In this document: in pieces, positions 1 through 9,046 of the stretch
Layout: each line of letters opens with the position of its first letter
Position numbering within the stretch: the stretch's first letter is position 1
Virus record (IMG/VR): IMGVR_UViG_3300027763_000068
Coordinates: 1-59,209 of that record
Direction: 5' to 3' (one strand)
DNA: 59,209 nt
From: a virus
Lineage: Duplodnaviria > Caudoviricetes
Made by a program: the position numbers and the translations under genes
Notes under the pieces: generated by a model
Databases searched by the model: none
What the model was told of the DNA's origin: nothing
The model's input: the letters and a program-made list of their open reading frames with translations, nothing else

Positions 1-16
1 GCTATTATTAGATCGT

Positions 17-775
17 TCATTTAAATTCAAAATTCCAATTCGGGCCATACTTTTCTGACATTACTGTTTCCATTTCCTTATACGCTTCTCGGTCTAAATT
101 ATTATACGATTCATCACCCACTTGTTTTTGATAAGTGTATTGACCGTGATGATTAATAACGACACCATCGTACATATAAATTTCTTTTCCTGCTCGATGT
201 AGACTAGTGTAAAAATCTTTACCAGAACCGTAACAACGGGTTAATCTGGGATCCTGACCACCAACAAGATTCCAATCGGACTTTCTGACAAGAATTGGAG
301 ATGTGTCATCCATATTAATAACGCCGTGTTTATTTGGCATTACTCGTCTAAACGCGTTATTACTTGTTGGATCGTATACAGTAAAGCGATCACCAATCCA
401 AATTTTAGTTGCTTCTTGATTTAAGGCAGGATGGACTACAGCTACTTGTTCATTAGCTTCCATAAATTGAACCATATCGTAAAGGATATCTGGTCCATCT
501 TTAAATGTCATGTCATTATGAAAATAAAATACGTATTTAACATCTGGTTTTCTATTAAAATAATGAGCACCCAGTAAAATAGCACCCATCGTTCGTGTGT
601 TTACCAAAGACTTTATTGTAGTATATTTTGATGGTGCAGCTTTATCTGAAGCGTTATCAACTACACAAATTTCATAATTTGTCCTGTTTAAATTTTTAAC
701 AAGACTCTCATATACGTAATCAGTTTCTTCTGGCAGATTATAGTTTAAAAGCGCAATACCAACTTTTGGTGTCAT
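17..775 (-). CDS. GT-A fold (GT2-like) glycosyltransferase, paralog 1
   Basis: N-terminal 'VGIALLNYN...ICVVDNAS' GT2 pattern, 'HNDMTF' at DxD-like position; shares NxPExTD, SKYTT and C-terminal KYGxNW with ORFs at 2983 and 3794. Confidence 0.75.
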   Translation of the reverse strand: MTPKVGIALLNYNLPEETDYVYESLVKNLNRTNYEICVVDNASDKAAPSKYTTIKSLVNTRTMGAILLGAHYFNRKPDVKYVFYFHNDMTFKDGPDILYDMVQFMEANEQVAVVHPALNQEATKIWIGDRFTVYDPTSNNAFRRVMPNKHGVINMDDTSPILVRKSDWNLVGGQDPRLTRCYGSGKDFYTSLHRAGKEIYMYDGVVINHHGQYTYQKQVGDESYNNLDREAYKEMETVMSEKYGPNWNFEFK

Positions 776-786
776 GATGTAGATCC

Positions 787-1098
787 TTATGTGATATATT
801 TATCTCCGATTACGGAGGGAGTTTTAATTACAACAATACACGCGTCTTCCAAGCATTCAAATTTGTTTTCTACGTCTGGAAGTACTGTGACTATTTGACC
901 TTGTTTAAAAGTTTGGTTAAGCATACTAACAGTTCCGTATAAAATTATACTATATTCTGTTGCCACTTTATGATAGTGCTTTTCTTCTTTGTCTCCTGCT
1001 TTATAATATTTAATACCAACTTCAATGTCTTTGGTTTTGAATAGTGCAGGTTCAAAGTCTCCAACCAGCCATCCCTTTGTAAATTCTTCTAAGTTCAT
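787..1098 (-). CDS. cupin-domain protein
   Basis: 'KHYHKVATEY' HxH...E cupin metal motif; overlaps the nucleotidyltransferase stop. Confidence 0.7.
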   Translation of the reverse strand: MNLEEFTKGWLVGDFEPALFKTKDIEVGIKYYKAGDKEEKHYHKVATEYSIILYGTVSMLNQTFKQGQIVTVLPDVENKFECLEDACIVVIKTPSVIGDKYIT

Positions 1099-1808
1099 TT
1101 TTGTTTCAAGTAAGCGTTAAGATCTTCTGGAGTACCAATACCGTGCATCTTATCTACGTAGAATGGAATCAACATTTTTCCGTCTGCTACGTATTCATTA
1201 TATACCGGAGCTACATAAAACTCATTATTGACTCTGATGTTTTTGCTGATCATTTGTTCTGCGTATTTAACAAACTCTGAACCTTTTCGATACCAGTAAA
1301 TACCACAAGTTGCTATATTTGAAATAGGATTCTTTTCTTGTAGTTCTGTGATTATACCACGAGAATTGACTCGAACAAATGACCATTTAGGATGGACCGC
1401 ATTAAAAGTAAACACAATTCCGTCTGCAGCAGTTAAAGATTTTAGTAGTTTAAAGTTTTCTGCAGAATACTCAAGAACCTGATCGGAATTAGCAATCAGC
1501 AATTCTTCATCGTCGTTTATAAGTTCTTTGGCAAGCAAAGCAGTACAAGCTGCTCCTTCGGTCAGGCCGTCAACTTCTACTATCTTAAACTTACCATTAG
1601 TAATTCTATCTAATGTGGTTTTTAAACCGCTATACTTTTGTAGATGTTCTTTGCGAACTAAGAAAATGTAAGTGGCATCAAAATCAAGATTTTCAACAAC
1701 CACTTGAATCATTGGTTTGCCATCAACATCAATCAAAGGTTTTGGAAAAGTGTACCCTTCTTTGGCAAATCGACTACCTTCTCCTGCCATTGGAATTAAT
1801 ATTTTCAT
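1095..1808 (-). CDS. sugar-phosphate nucleotidyltransferase (NTP_transferase family)
   Basis: 'LIPMAGEGSRF...PKPLIDVDGKPMI' signature, 'NSDQ', 'GIGTPEDL'. Confidence 0.85.
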   Translation of the reverse strand: MKILIPMAGEGSRFAKEGYTFPKPLIDVDGKPMIQVVVENLDFDATYIFLVRKEHLQKYSGLKTTLDRITNGKFKIVEVDGLTEGAACTALLAKELINDDEELLIANSDQVLEYSAENFKLLKSLTAADGIVFTFNAVHPKWSFVRVNSRGIITELQEKNPISNIATCGIYWYRKGSEFVKYAEQMISKNIRVNNEFYVAPVYNEYVADGKMLIPFYVDKMHGIGTPEDLNAYLKQK

Positions 1809-2368
1809 TCTGGCCTCTTATAACTGCTGTGTACGTATACGTCATCTTGGCGATTGATGCAGCCCATTAAATTATAACCAAACTTACTTAAATATTCTCT
1901 GCTAATTCTAGCTCTTTCTAATCCGCCTTCTCGGTACTCATCTACTTCAAAGGTTATAATATTAAATTTATATTTGTTCAGTGGTAGCTTTGCAAGGCAC
2001 TTCATAGTAATATCAGGTGGTTCAAGATCTAAAGACAGATAATCGATTGTTTCTGGCATGTTGTTTTCTTGAAATACCTTTTCATAATCTAAAGCCAAAG
2101 CATCTGTTACCATATGTTTTGTTTGTGGTCTGTGTGATCTCCAAGTTTCACCACCATTATCTCTCATGTCTTGAATATCAATACCAATTCCTCTCCAATT
2201 AAAAGTTGCTTCAAAAACAAAAGTATTGCTGATACTCATTGGCATTGCACAACCAATATCAACAAATGTTCCGTTATATTTTACACCAAGAAAATCAAGA
2301 ACTGCTCGGTCTTGTCCTATTTCACTCTTAAAATTTAAATGACTGATATACTTGTCTAAATTTTGCAT
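1805..2368 (-). CDS. FkbM-like SAM-dependent methyltransferase
   Basis: 'SEIGQD', 'FVDIGC...SNT', 'WRGIGID', 'IDYLSLDLE', 'ITFE' match FkbM/Methyltransf_21 layout. Confidence 0.75.
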   Translation of the reverse strand: MQNLDKYISHLNFKSEIGQDRAVLDFLGVKYNGTFVDIGCAMPMSISNTFVFEATFNWRGIGIDIQDMRDNGGETWRSHRPQTKHMVTDALALDYEKVFQENNMPETIDYLSLDLEPPDITMKCLAKLPLNKYKFNIITFEVDEYREGGLERARISREYLSKFGYNLMGCINRQDDVYVHSSYKRPE

Positions 2369-2380
2369 AATTTAATCATC

Positions 2381-2986
2381 CTAAAAAGATTTTGTTATTG
2401 TATCTATATTAACTTCACTAGTATTTTTCACAACTAAAAGATGTTTTGCAACAGATGCCACTGCTGCTTGTATTCCTTTTTCCGAATCTTCCACACATAA
2501 AACGTTTAATGGATTTGTATCCAATAACTGAATTGCGCGATTATAACATTCGGGGTGTGGCTTGTTTTTTGATACGTCTTCGTTTGTTATTACAATATCC
2601 ATATACTGTAATTGCCCGGTGGCTCTAAGCATTTCCTCTGCAGTTTCTCTTATTGAATTTGTAACACATGCTATTTTTATATTTTGCTGTTTTAAAAACT
2701 CGTGAAGTTTTACTTTTTCTTCCATAATTTTAGCATTAGATCTTATTGTTTCTAATGTAAAATCTTGTTTTAGTCTATTAATTTTTTTGGCTTCTTCTCC
2801 GATTATTCCTAACATTTCTAGCTTGACATGAGTAGGCAATCCATTGAAAGAAGCAAGATGGGCATCTCTACTTATACAAGCGTGTCCTAAAGCCTGTAAT
2901 GCCTTATTAAGGGCTTCGTAATGCCAATCGCAAGCGTCTACCAATACTCCATCTAAATCAAATAATACGGCTTCTATCATACTCAT
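2381..2986 (-). CDS. HAD-superfamily phosphatase (beta-phosphoglucomutase-like)
   Basis: motif I 'FDLDGVLVD', 'VTNS', 'KPHPE', 'VEDSEKG'. Confidence 0.9.
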   Translation of the reverse strand: MSMIEAVLFDLDGVLVDACDWHYEALNKALQALGHACISRDAHLASFNGLPTHVKLEMLGIIGEEAKKINRLKQDFTLETIRSNAKIMEEKVKLHEFLKQQNIKIACVTNSIRETAEEMLRATGQLQYMDIVITNEDVSKNKPHPECYNRAIQLLDTNPLNVLCVEDSEKGIQAAVASVAKHLLVVKNTSEVNIDTITKSF

Positions 2987-3801
2987 CCCCTATATCCATC
3001 ATTCATTGACAGCCAAAGATAAAGTGCTTCTTTAGAAACATCAGCGGGAACACCCTCCATAAGAATTTGCATCCAATCTAAACCATACTTTTGTTGAAAT
3101 CCTTCATGCATATTCTTTCTGGCTAGTTGAATAAATTGATTTCCATCCATTATTTGTTTTGTTTTTTCTTTATTTTTATATGAAGTAAACGGATCGTGAA
3201 AAATACCAACTTTGTCTGAGATATACGTTTTAAATCCATTATTGTGAAGCTGGTATGGCATATCATAATCCAAACCCCAACCATAGAAAAATCTATTGTC
3301 TAAAAAATCTTCTCCACACGCATCCCATGCTTTTGCGGAAATCATTGGGCATATGATTTCACAGAAACTTTCTTTACGAACTCCCCCATCGGTTACCTTA
3401 CCTAATCTAGTGTGCGGTGGATATATGTTGGATTGATACGGTGCAATTTGGCCGCAATCCGGCAAAGCTTTCATATCATGATATAAGGTACTAATAATAT
3501 CAGAATCATCAATAAACTTGGCATCATTCACAAAAAGCATATACGCATCGTATTTTTTTCCGGTCTTGTATTTTAATACTGAGTCTGCATACGATTTTAA
3601 TAGATTGAACCCCCGGGTCATTCTACAACCATCAGAAACCCATAAGGTAATATACTTTGAAAAATTACCAATAGAAGAACCGGTTTCTATCACGTGAAGA
3701 TCATAATCTACCCCCTTGGTTCTCTTTACTATTCCTTCGCAAAGAGCATCGGTTAATTCTGGATAATTATGACTAACAACCAATACACACACTTTACTCA
3801 T
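2983..3801 (-). CDS. GT-A fold (GT2-like) glycosyltransferase, paralog 2
   Basis: 'VLVVSHNYPELTD', 'IETGS', 'RMTRGFN', 'VNDAKF', 'GWGLDYD'. Confidence 0.75.
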   Translation of the reverse strand: MSKVCVLVVSHNYPELTDALCEGIVKRTKGVDYDLHVIETGSSIGNFSKYITLWVSDGCRMTRGFNLLKSYADSVLKYKTGKKYDAYMLFVNDAKFIDDSDIISTLYHDMKALPDCGQIAPYQSNIYPPHTRLGKVTDGGVRKESFCEIICPMISAKAWDACGEDFLDNRFFYGWGLDYDMPYQLHNNGFKTYISDKVGIFHDPFTSYKNKEKTKQIMDGNQFIQLARKNMHEGFQQKYGLDWMQILMEGVPADVSKEALYLWLSMNDGYRG

Positions 3802-4552
3802 ACCATTCTCCTACATGATCTGTAAATGTTTTTTTAAACAGTTCGTTCCAATTTATTCCATACTGATTATTTAATACCGAATACATTTCTCTAAAAGCAG
3901 AACTGTAATACTGTTTTCTGTCTTTGAATTTACAATCAAAGCCATTATCATATGTAGACGAAGTATTATGCATCACTATTAAATCGTGATTTATCCCTAC
4001 TTGCATTTCATTTTTTCTTGCCAGATACGAGGTCTCTTGATCTATTCCCCAACCCAAAAATAAATTGTGATTGAATGCACCACCCACAGCTTCTAAACAG
4101 CGTTTAGAAAACATTGGGCAAACAAAATCGTATTCCACTACAATCTTTACTCCAGATTGTTTTTTATTTTTGATATCATAGGACACCCTAACATTTTGAT
4201 CCATGGAAGGATGTAATATTCCTATGTTTGGATATTTGCTCATTCTTTGTAGCATGTTTTCTAGTGGATCAGTATCAGACACAAAATAACAATCATTTGT
4301 GAAGAACCAAAAATAATTGTAATCTTGACCCGATTCTTTTGCGAGCTTTATGATTTCATTGAACCCTCTAGTCATTCTGCAGTTCTTTTGGCCCCGATTA
4401 GTTGTATACTTTGAAATTTTATCTGGAGAAGAACCGTTATCGTAAACCATTAAATCGTAAGGGATGTTTATACGCAATTTAAGATTTTCAACCAAACGAT
4501 CAGTTAATTCTGGATTATTATAACTCAATATTGCAATTAAAGTTTTCATCAT
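3794..4552 (-). CDS. GT-A fold (GT2-like) glycosyltransferase, paralog 3
   Basis: 'IAILSYNNPELTD', 'VYDNGS', 'RMTRGFN', 'TNDCYF', 'GWGID'. Confidence 0.78.
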   Translation of the reverse strand: MMKTLIAILSYNNPELTDRLVENLKLRINIPYDLMVYDNGSSPDKISKYTTNRGQKNCRMTRGFNEIIKLAKESGQDYNYFWFFTNDCYFVSDTDPLENMLQRMSKYPNIGILHPSMDQNVRVSYDIKNKKQSGVKIVVEYDFVCPMFSKRCLEAVGGAFNHNLFLGWGIDQETSYLARKNEMQVGINHDLIVMHNTSSTYDNGFDCKFKDRKQYYSSAFREMYSVLNNQYGINWNELFKKTFTDHVGEWYE

Positions 4553-5235
4553 TATTCGCCGTAAAGATTAATACAATATTGTTTTTCTGATTCTAATAAT
4601 CCACTGTCTTTGTTTTGCATTTGATTATCATGCACACGATTAGCAATTAAAGGATCTTGGATTATTATTGGGGTACCATGTTTAATATATAAACGTTTAT
4701 ACATTTCGCAATCAATCAGTAAAGCAAGATTTTCATCAAAATACTCTTTATTTCTCATAGTTAAAACACTCGGAGAACTAATAGTGTTAGCTCCGTGGTG
4801 AATTTTATCCTGATAATATGGTATTAGTCTGTCATAAAGCATATGGATAGATTTTGCATGTCCACATCCACTAAGTAACCATTGTTTATCTTCATTTACA
4901 TAAAATGCTTTTACAATTTTTGTTAAAGCACTGTCGTCTATAAAAAAATCATCAGCGCACATTGTTTTTATTAAATCACCAGTGCAGTGTTTGATTGCAT
5001 TGTTTATATTTGGACCTATTTTTCTATCAAGGTGTTTTGAGTCCAAATACACAATATTCATCATTTCAGCGTACACGCCAACTAGCTTTTTAGTTTTATC
5101 GTCAATACTTTGATCACTAATAACAACTTCATAATTAGAATAGTCTTGTTTTTTTATGCTGTTTAGTAATTCAGAAATAAACAACCACCCTAATCCGTGG
5201 CATTCATATGCTGGTATGGCTATAGAAATTTTCAT
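4552..5235 (-). CDS. glycosyltransferase family 2
   Basis: 'ISIAIPAYE', 'EVVISDQSIDD', 'NNAIKHCTGD', 'ADDFF'. Confidence 0.85.
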   Translation of the reverse strand: MKISIAIPAYECHGLGWLFISELLNSIKKQDYSNYEVVISDQSIDDKTKKLVGVYAEMMNIVYLDSKHLDRKIGPNINNAIKHCTGDLIKTMCADDFFIDDSALTKIVKAFYVNEDKQWLLSGCGHAKSIHMLYDRLIPYYQDKIHHGANTISSPSVLTMRNKEYFDENLALLIDCEMYKRLYIKHGTPIIIQDPLIANRVHDNQMQNKDSGLLESEKQYCINLYGE

Positions 5236-5238
5236 TTA

Positions 5239-5931
5239 TTATTGTTGTATTTTTTTATTTTCGTATTCTGCGCTCTTATTCGGATCAATATCTGGATGAG
5301 GATTCCAATCTGATAATGGTTTATCTTTTAAATAACGAACAACTGAATACGGATTTAATTTATATTTCCATTTTGATTGACATCTCATACCCCACTCCAC
5401 ATCTTCTCCCATGCCCCATATTAAATTATTATTTAAAGGATTTTGTGACATGAAATTCTTTTTTGCACACCAATACGCGCCATTAATGTACATTTGATTT
5501 GTTTTAGAATTATCACTGTAATCTAAAAATTTAAGTGGTCGATGCTGTGTAAACCAGTCTCTGTGTCTAAGACCATTTTTCATTCTAACTGGATTCATAC
5601 AAACATCCCAGTCGTAACCAAACTGCTCGTAACCATCATACCAGCCTTCGCATAAACCAATATAATCATGCAAAAAACATACATTATCAAATTTAGAATT
5701 TTGTATTATAAAATTCTTTTTAGCTGTTATCCAACCAGGTCTGATGCTCTCATCAAAAATATAATAATTAATATCGATATCGTTTGTCAATAAAGACTTA
5801 ACATTGTCAGAATAAGGACCAACAAGTATAATTTCAAATTTTTCTTTTTTTAAATTATTTTGATTTTTTATAGATTTTATTATTCCATCTATAAACTCAT
5901 CATTATAAAAACAAATACCAAAAGTCCACAT
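5239..5931 (-). CDS. putative GT-A glycosyltransferase
   Basis: 'FEIILVG', 'GWITAKKN', 'FLHDY', 'WGMGEDVEW' (GxED motif). Confidence 0.7.
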   Translation of the reverse strand: MWTFGICFYNDEFIDGIIKSIKNQNNLKKEKFEIILVGPYSDNVKSLLTNDIDINYYIFDESIRPGWITAKKNFIIQNSKFDNVCFLHDYIGLCEGWYDGYEQFGYDWDVCMNPVRMKNGLRHRDWFTQHRPLKFLDYSDNSKTNQMYINGAYWCAKKNFMSQNPLNNNLIWGMGEDVEWGMRCQSKWKYKLNPYSVVRYLKDKPLSDWNPHPDIDPNKSAEYENKKIQQ

Positions 5932-5940
5932 AAAATATCC

Positions 5941-6729
5941 TCACATATTAAATTTAACACCATCAATCATAACAAAAGATTCATTATCGCCTTTATCGTG
6001 AATTTCGCTGGTGTGTGCTATTTCGTTATTTAATTCCACCTGTAAATAATTTGTTGTTAAAAACGCGTTCATTCCACCAAATACTGCTTGACCTATTGGT
6101 GGTTTTTGCACACACCTTAAAATATAATTATCTGCTGGAAGCATAAATCCCAAATCGTTTATTGGTTTTAATAATTTTTCAGCACCAGATTTAGTTAAAA
6201 TATAACCAGTAGTTCCTTCTGCAATTTCCCAGAATGAGGATTGTTGTGTTGCTACTATTTCTATTTTATTAGTTAAATGAGAAAATATTCTTTTTCCATT
6301 AACAAAATTTGGAGAATTTCTTTGGCAAAATATTAAATCTATACCATCTAATGGTTGGTTTTCAATAAAATATTTTAAAGTGTTTCCATCAAATAAAGGT
6401 TTACCATCATCCTCCAGAATAAGATAAGCGTCTGCATCGTCTGTTGAGAGTTGTTTCCAAAGGCAATAATGACTTATTAAACAACCTATTTCTCCTATTT
6501 TAAACCAACCCCTTCCTCTGAAGGAATCGCTACTGGAAACATCAAGATTTAAAGGAAATTTAAAATCTTTAAAATAAAAAGTCTTATCTTCTCTTTTTAT
6601 AGAATCCCTATCTGCTGCATCAAAAAAAGAAAAATCTATATTTTTTGTTTTTAAATATTCTTCTACTGTTTTTCTTCTGTCAGAAGTAATCCTACTGATT
6701 ACTTTTGTTTTAATTTTTTGTAATTTCAT
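5941..6729 (-). CDS. glycosyltransferase family 25 (Lex2/LgtB-like)
   Basis: 'DRR', 'FFDA', 'GEIGCLISHYCLWK', 'LILEDD', 'GTTGYIL...GAEKLL', 'PAD'. Confidence 0.88.
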   Translation of the reverse strand: MKLQKIKTKVISRITSDRRKTVEEYLKTKNIDFSFFDAADRDSIKREDKTFYFKDFKFPLNLDVSSSDSFRGRGWFKIGEIGCLISHYCLWKQLSTDDADAYLILEDDGKPLFDGNTLKYFIENQPLDGIDLIFCQRNSPNFVNGKRIFSHLTNKIEIVATQQSSFWEIAEGTTGYILTKSGAEKLLKPINDLGFMLPADNYILRCVQKPPIGQAVFGGMNAFLTTNYLQVELNNEIAHTSEIHDKGDNESFVMIDGVKFNM

Positions 6730-7588
6730 TAATTAAACTCTCATATAAAAAATCATCAGCCAGCTTCATTTTTTGTAATGCTGCTAAATTATCATTAGCT
6801 GCTTGTATTTTATTTAGATACAATTCTCGTGTTAGTGTATTTAAAATTTTAAATTCTCTTTCGAGTTCTAGGAATATAATTCCTTCTTTGTTAAAAGTGT
6901 TTGGTATATTTTTTGTGCCCAAATAAATTGGAATAGTACCAACAGCAAAACAGTCTGTTAGTTTTTCTGTCCAATAAGAATCGTATTGGCCATTCTCTAT
7001 TACTATACTAAACATATAATCCTTTAAACCATCTATTTTTGTGTTCCATGGATTGTGTGGATCTATTACTGTTCTTGGTGTTCCGTGAGCACCGCCAAAA
7101 ACATCAAATCCCAAATCTAAAGCAAGTCTTGCTATTTGGTGTCTATACACATGTCCTTCTGTCATTTTTTTAGGCGAACAAAACATAGAACATAATTTTG
7201 ATTTAGGATACATGTTCCAATCTTGTTTTTTAATCCACGGATAATTACTTCCATTCGGACAATACACAAAATTTGAATTTAAATTCAAAAGAGTTTGATC
7301 ACATGTAAATATTTTATTATAATAATCATCAAATAATAATTTATAATTATTAATTAAAAAATCATAAACGTTTGGAATGATAAATCGAGATTCACATACC
7401 CATCCAAATCGTTTTATTTTAGAAGTATTAATATCTGGTTGCATTAACAACCCCCGATCGATATGAACTTCGTAATCTCCGGGTTCTAGAGACCAATCAA
7501 AATTTGCTGGTTTTAAATTTGAACAAGAAGAATAATTTATATCAAAAGGAGCACCAATACCTCTTATCTTGTGCCGGGGCATTGCCAT
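6710..7588 (-). CDS. glycosyltransferase family 10 (alpha-1,3-fucosyltransferase-like)
   Basis: GT10 motif 'YMFSIVIEN...YWTEKLTDCFAVGTIPIYLG'; start (7588 or 7582) overlaps upstream gene. Confidence 0.8.
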   Translation of the reverse strand: MAMPRHKIRGIGAPFDINYSSCSNLKPANFDWSLEPGDYEVHIDRGLLMQPDINTSKIKRFGWVCESRFIIPNVYDFLINNYKLLFDDYYNKIFTCDQTLLNLNSNFVYCPNGSNYPWIKKQDWNMYPKSKLCSMFCSPKKMTEGHVYRHQIARLALDLGFDVFGGAHGTPRTVIDPHNPWNTKIDGLKDYMFSIVIENGQYDSYWTEKLTDCFAVGTIPIYLGTKNIPNTFNKEGIIFLELEREFKILNTLTRELYLNKIQAANDNLAALQKMKLADDFLYESLINEITKN

Positions 7589-8205
7589 GCTATTAATTCC
7601 TCGTTCATTCCAAGATCTTTTAGTGCTTGTTTCTTGGAATCCACATCAGCCAATCCCATTACAATAAATGAATTTTCATTTTCTTGACCAGGCCAAGCAC
7701 AATATTCTGGTCCTATAAATTTCATGTAAAATCCTTCTTTTTGATAAAAAGTATGCAAAAGACCAATAAGCGTTTCGTGGTCAAACCATTTACCAGTATT
7801 TGCCATCTGATTTGATATCTGCATCCAATGTTGTAAAAATTCTAATACTTTAGAATTGAATGCAAGATAGATTGGTGAAGCTTTTGCCGCATGTAACTTA
7901 TTAGCAGAACAAGATACTACAAGATCTGTGCTATTATTAGCAAAATGATCAAATACGTCTAATCCTTTTCTAACATCAGAATCGATGTCTAACCAAACAA
8001 CAGGTTTTTGTTTTTCTACTAACATTCTATAAATGAATGAAGGTTTACTTAAACAATTCTTTTGATATGTTCCTTGAGACGGCTTGTCTCTAATATCAAA
8101 AGGAATATTTAAACTGCTTAATTGAAAAGCTAATCTTTTAGCATGATCACTGTAATAAGTTTTGCCGTCTATATCACTAAAAAAAGAAATCACTTCAGTT
8201 TGCAT
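7564..8205 (-). CDS. putative nucleotide-diphospho-sugar transferase (GT-A, DxD)
   Basis: 'KPSFI...KPVVWLDID', 'FLQHW', 'DHETL', 'PEYC'. Confidence 0.65.
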   Translation of the reverse strand: MQTEVISFFSDIDGKTYYSDHAKRLAFQLSSLNIPFDIRDKPSQGTYQKNCLSKPSFIYRMLVEKQKPVVWLDIDSDVRKGLDVFDHFANNSTDLVVSCSANKLHAAKASPIYLAFNSKVLEFLQHWMQISNQMANTGKWFDHETLIGLLHTFYQKEGFYMKFIGPEYCAWPGQENENSFIVMGLADVDSKKQALKDLGMNEELIAWQCPGTR

Positions 8206-8207
8206 AA

Positions 8208-8612
8208 TTAAGAGTTTCCTATATGGTATTTAGGCACCAGTTGCCATTCTTTCTTTTCTTTATGAGGAATAATTTTTAGTTGAGCCAAAGAAATAATTGG
8301 TTCTTTGTACTCGTCTGGATCCACAGCTTCTACTAGTCCCCATTCCACCAGAAGCTTTACAATCATGTTACGACGGCCAAGATCTGTATCGTCTATATCT
8401 GTTTCTAAACCGTCTAGATCAAGCATTTCTTTAAAATGCATGATAGCGTATCTACCACGTTTGTGGAGGATATGACAACTTTGATACAACTTTTTTTCTT
8501 TCTTAGACGACACACCCATTCGGGTAAGAGTCTCTTTTACCTTGAGAAAATCGTCTTTAGATTTTAGTTTGATTTCAACTCCAAGGCCATCAAAAATATC
8601 TTCGGGTTCCAT
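8208..8612 (-). CDS. regA: translational repressor RegA
   Basis: 'DDFLKVKETLTRMGV...KKLYQSCHILHKRGRYAIMHFKE', 'LVPKYHIG'; follows gp62. Confidence 0.97.
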   Translation of the reverse strand: MEPEDIFDGLGVEIKLKSKDDFLKVKETLTRMGVSSKKEKKLYQSCHILHKRGRYAIMHFKEMLDLDGLETDIDDTDLGRRNMIVKLLVEWGLVEAVDPDEYKEPIISLAQLKIIPHKEKKEWQLVPKYHIGNS

Positions 8613-8650
8613 TATATTCCGCTTTCATTAAAAAATTCAGTAATACGGAA

Positions 8651-9046
8651 TTATTTAGGATTTTTAGTATTTGTGCCGCCTTGGTCTAAAATGGAAAAAA
8701 TTTCATCCCAATCTTCTTGTTTGATCAGGTCTACTACCTGTTTGGCCTTGGTGTGAGAGTATCCGTATAGGGTCTTTAAAGCGTCTATACGGTCATTAGA
8801 CTCGTCCTTGATCCACTTGCTGAATCTCTTACGTGGTCGAACCGATATACGCAAAAAGTCAAACTGCATCTTTTTATCCAAGCCAGACAAACGATTCATC
8901 TCATTGGCTAAAAAGATAGTGTCTGAAAAGTAAGAAAGACCTCGGTTGGCAAGAAATGGAATATATTCTCGTTCGCAACCGGGATCTTCGTCCATCAAAG
9001 AAACCTTGGTTTGATTTATGGAATTTAAGAAGTCAAACGGCTTCAT
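8651..9046 (-). CDS. gp62: clamp loader small subunit (T4 gp62)
   Basis: 'DFLNSINQTK', 'ANEMN', 'RKRFSKW'; gp45-gp44-gp62-regA synteny. Confidence 0.93.
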   Translation of the reverse strand: MKPFDFLNSINQTKVSLMDEDPGCEREYIPFLANRGLSYFSDTIFLANEMNRLSGLDKKMQFDFLRISVRPRKRFSKWIKDESNDRIDALKTLYGYSHTKAKQVVDLIKQEDWDEIFSILDQGGTNTKNPK

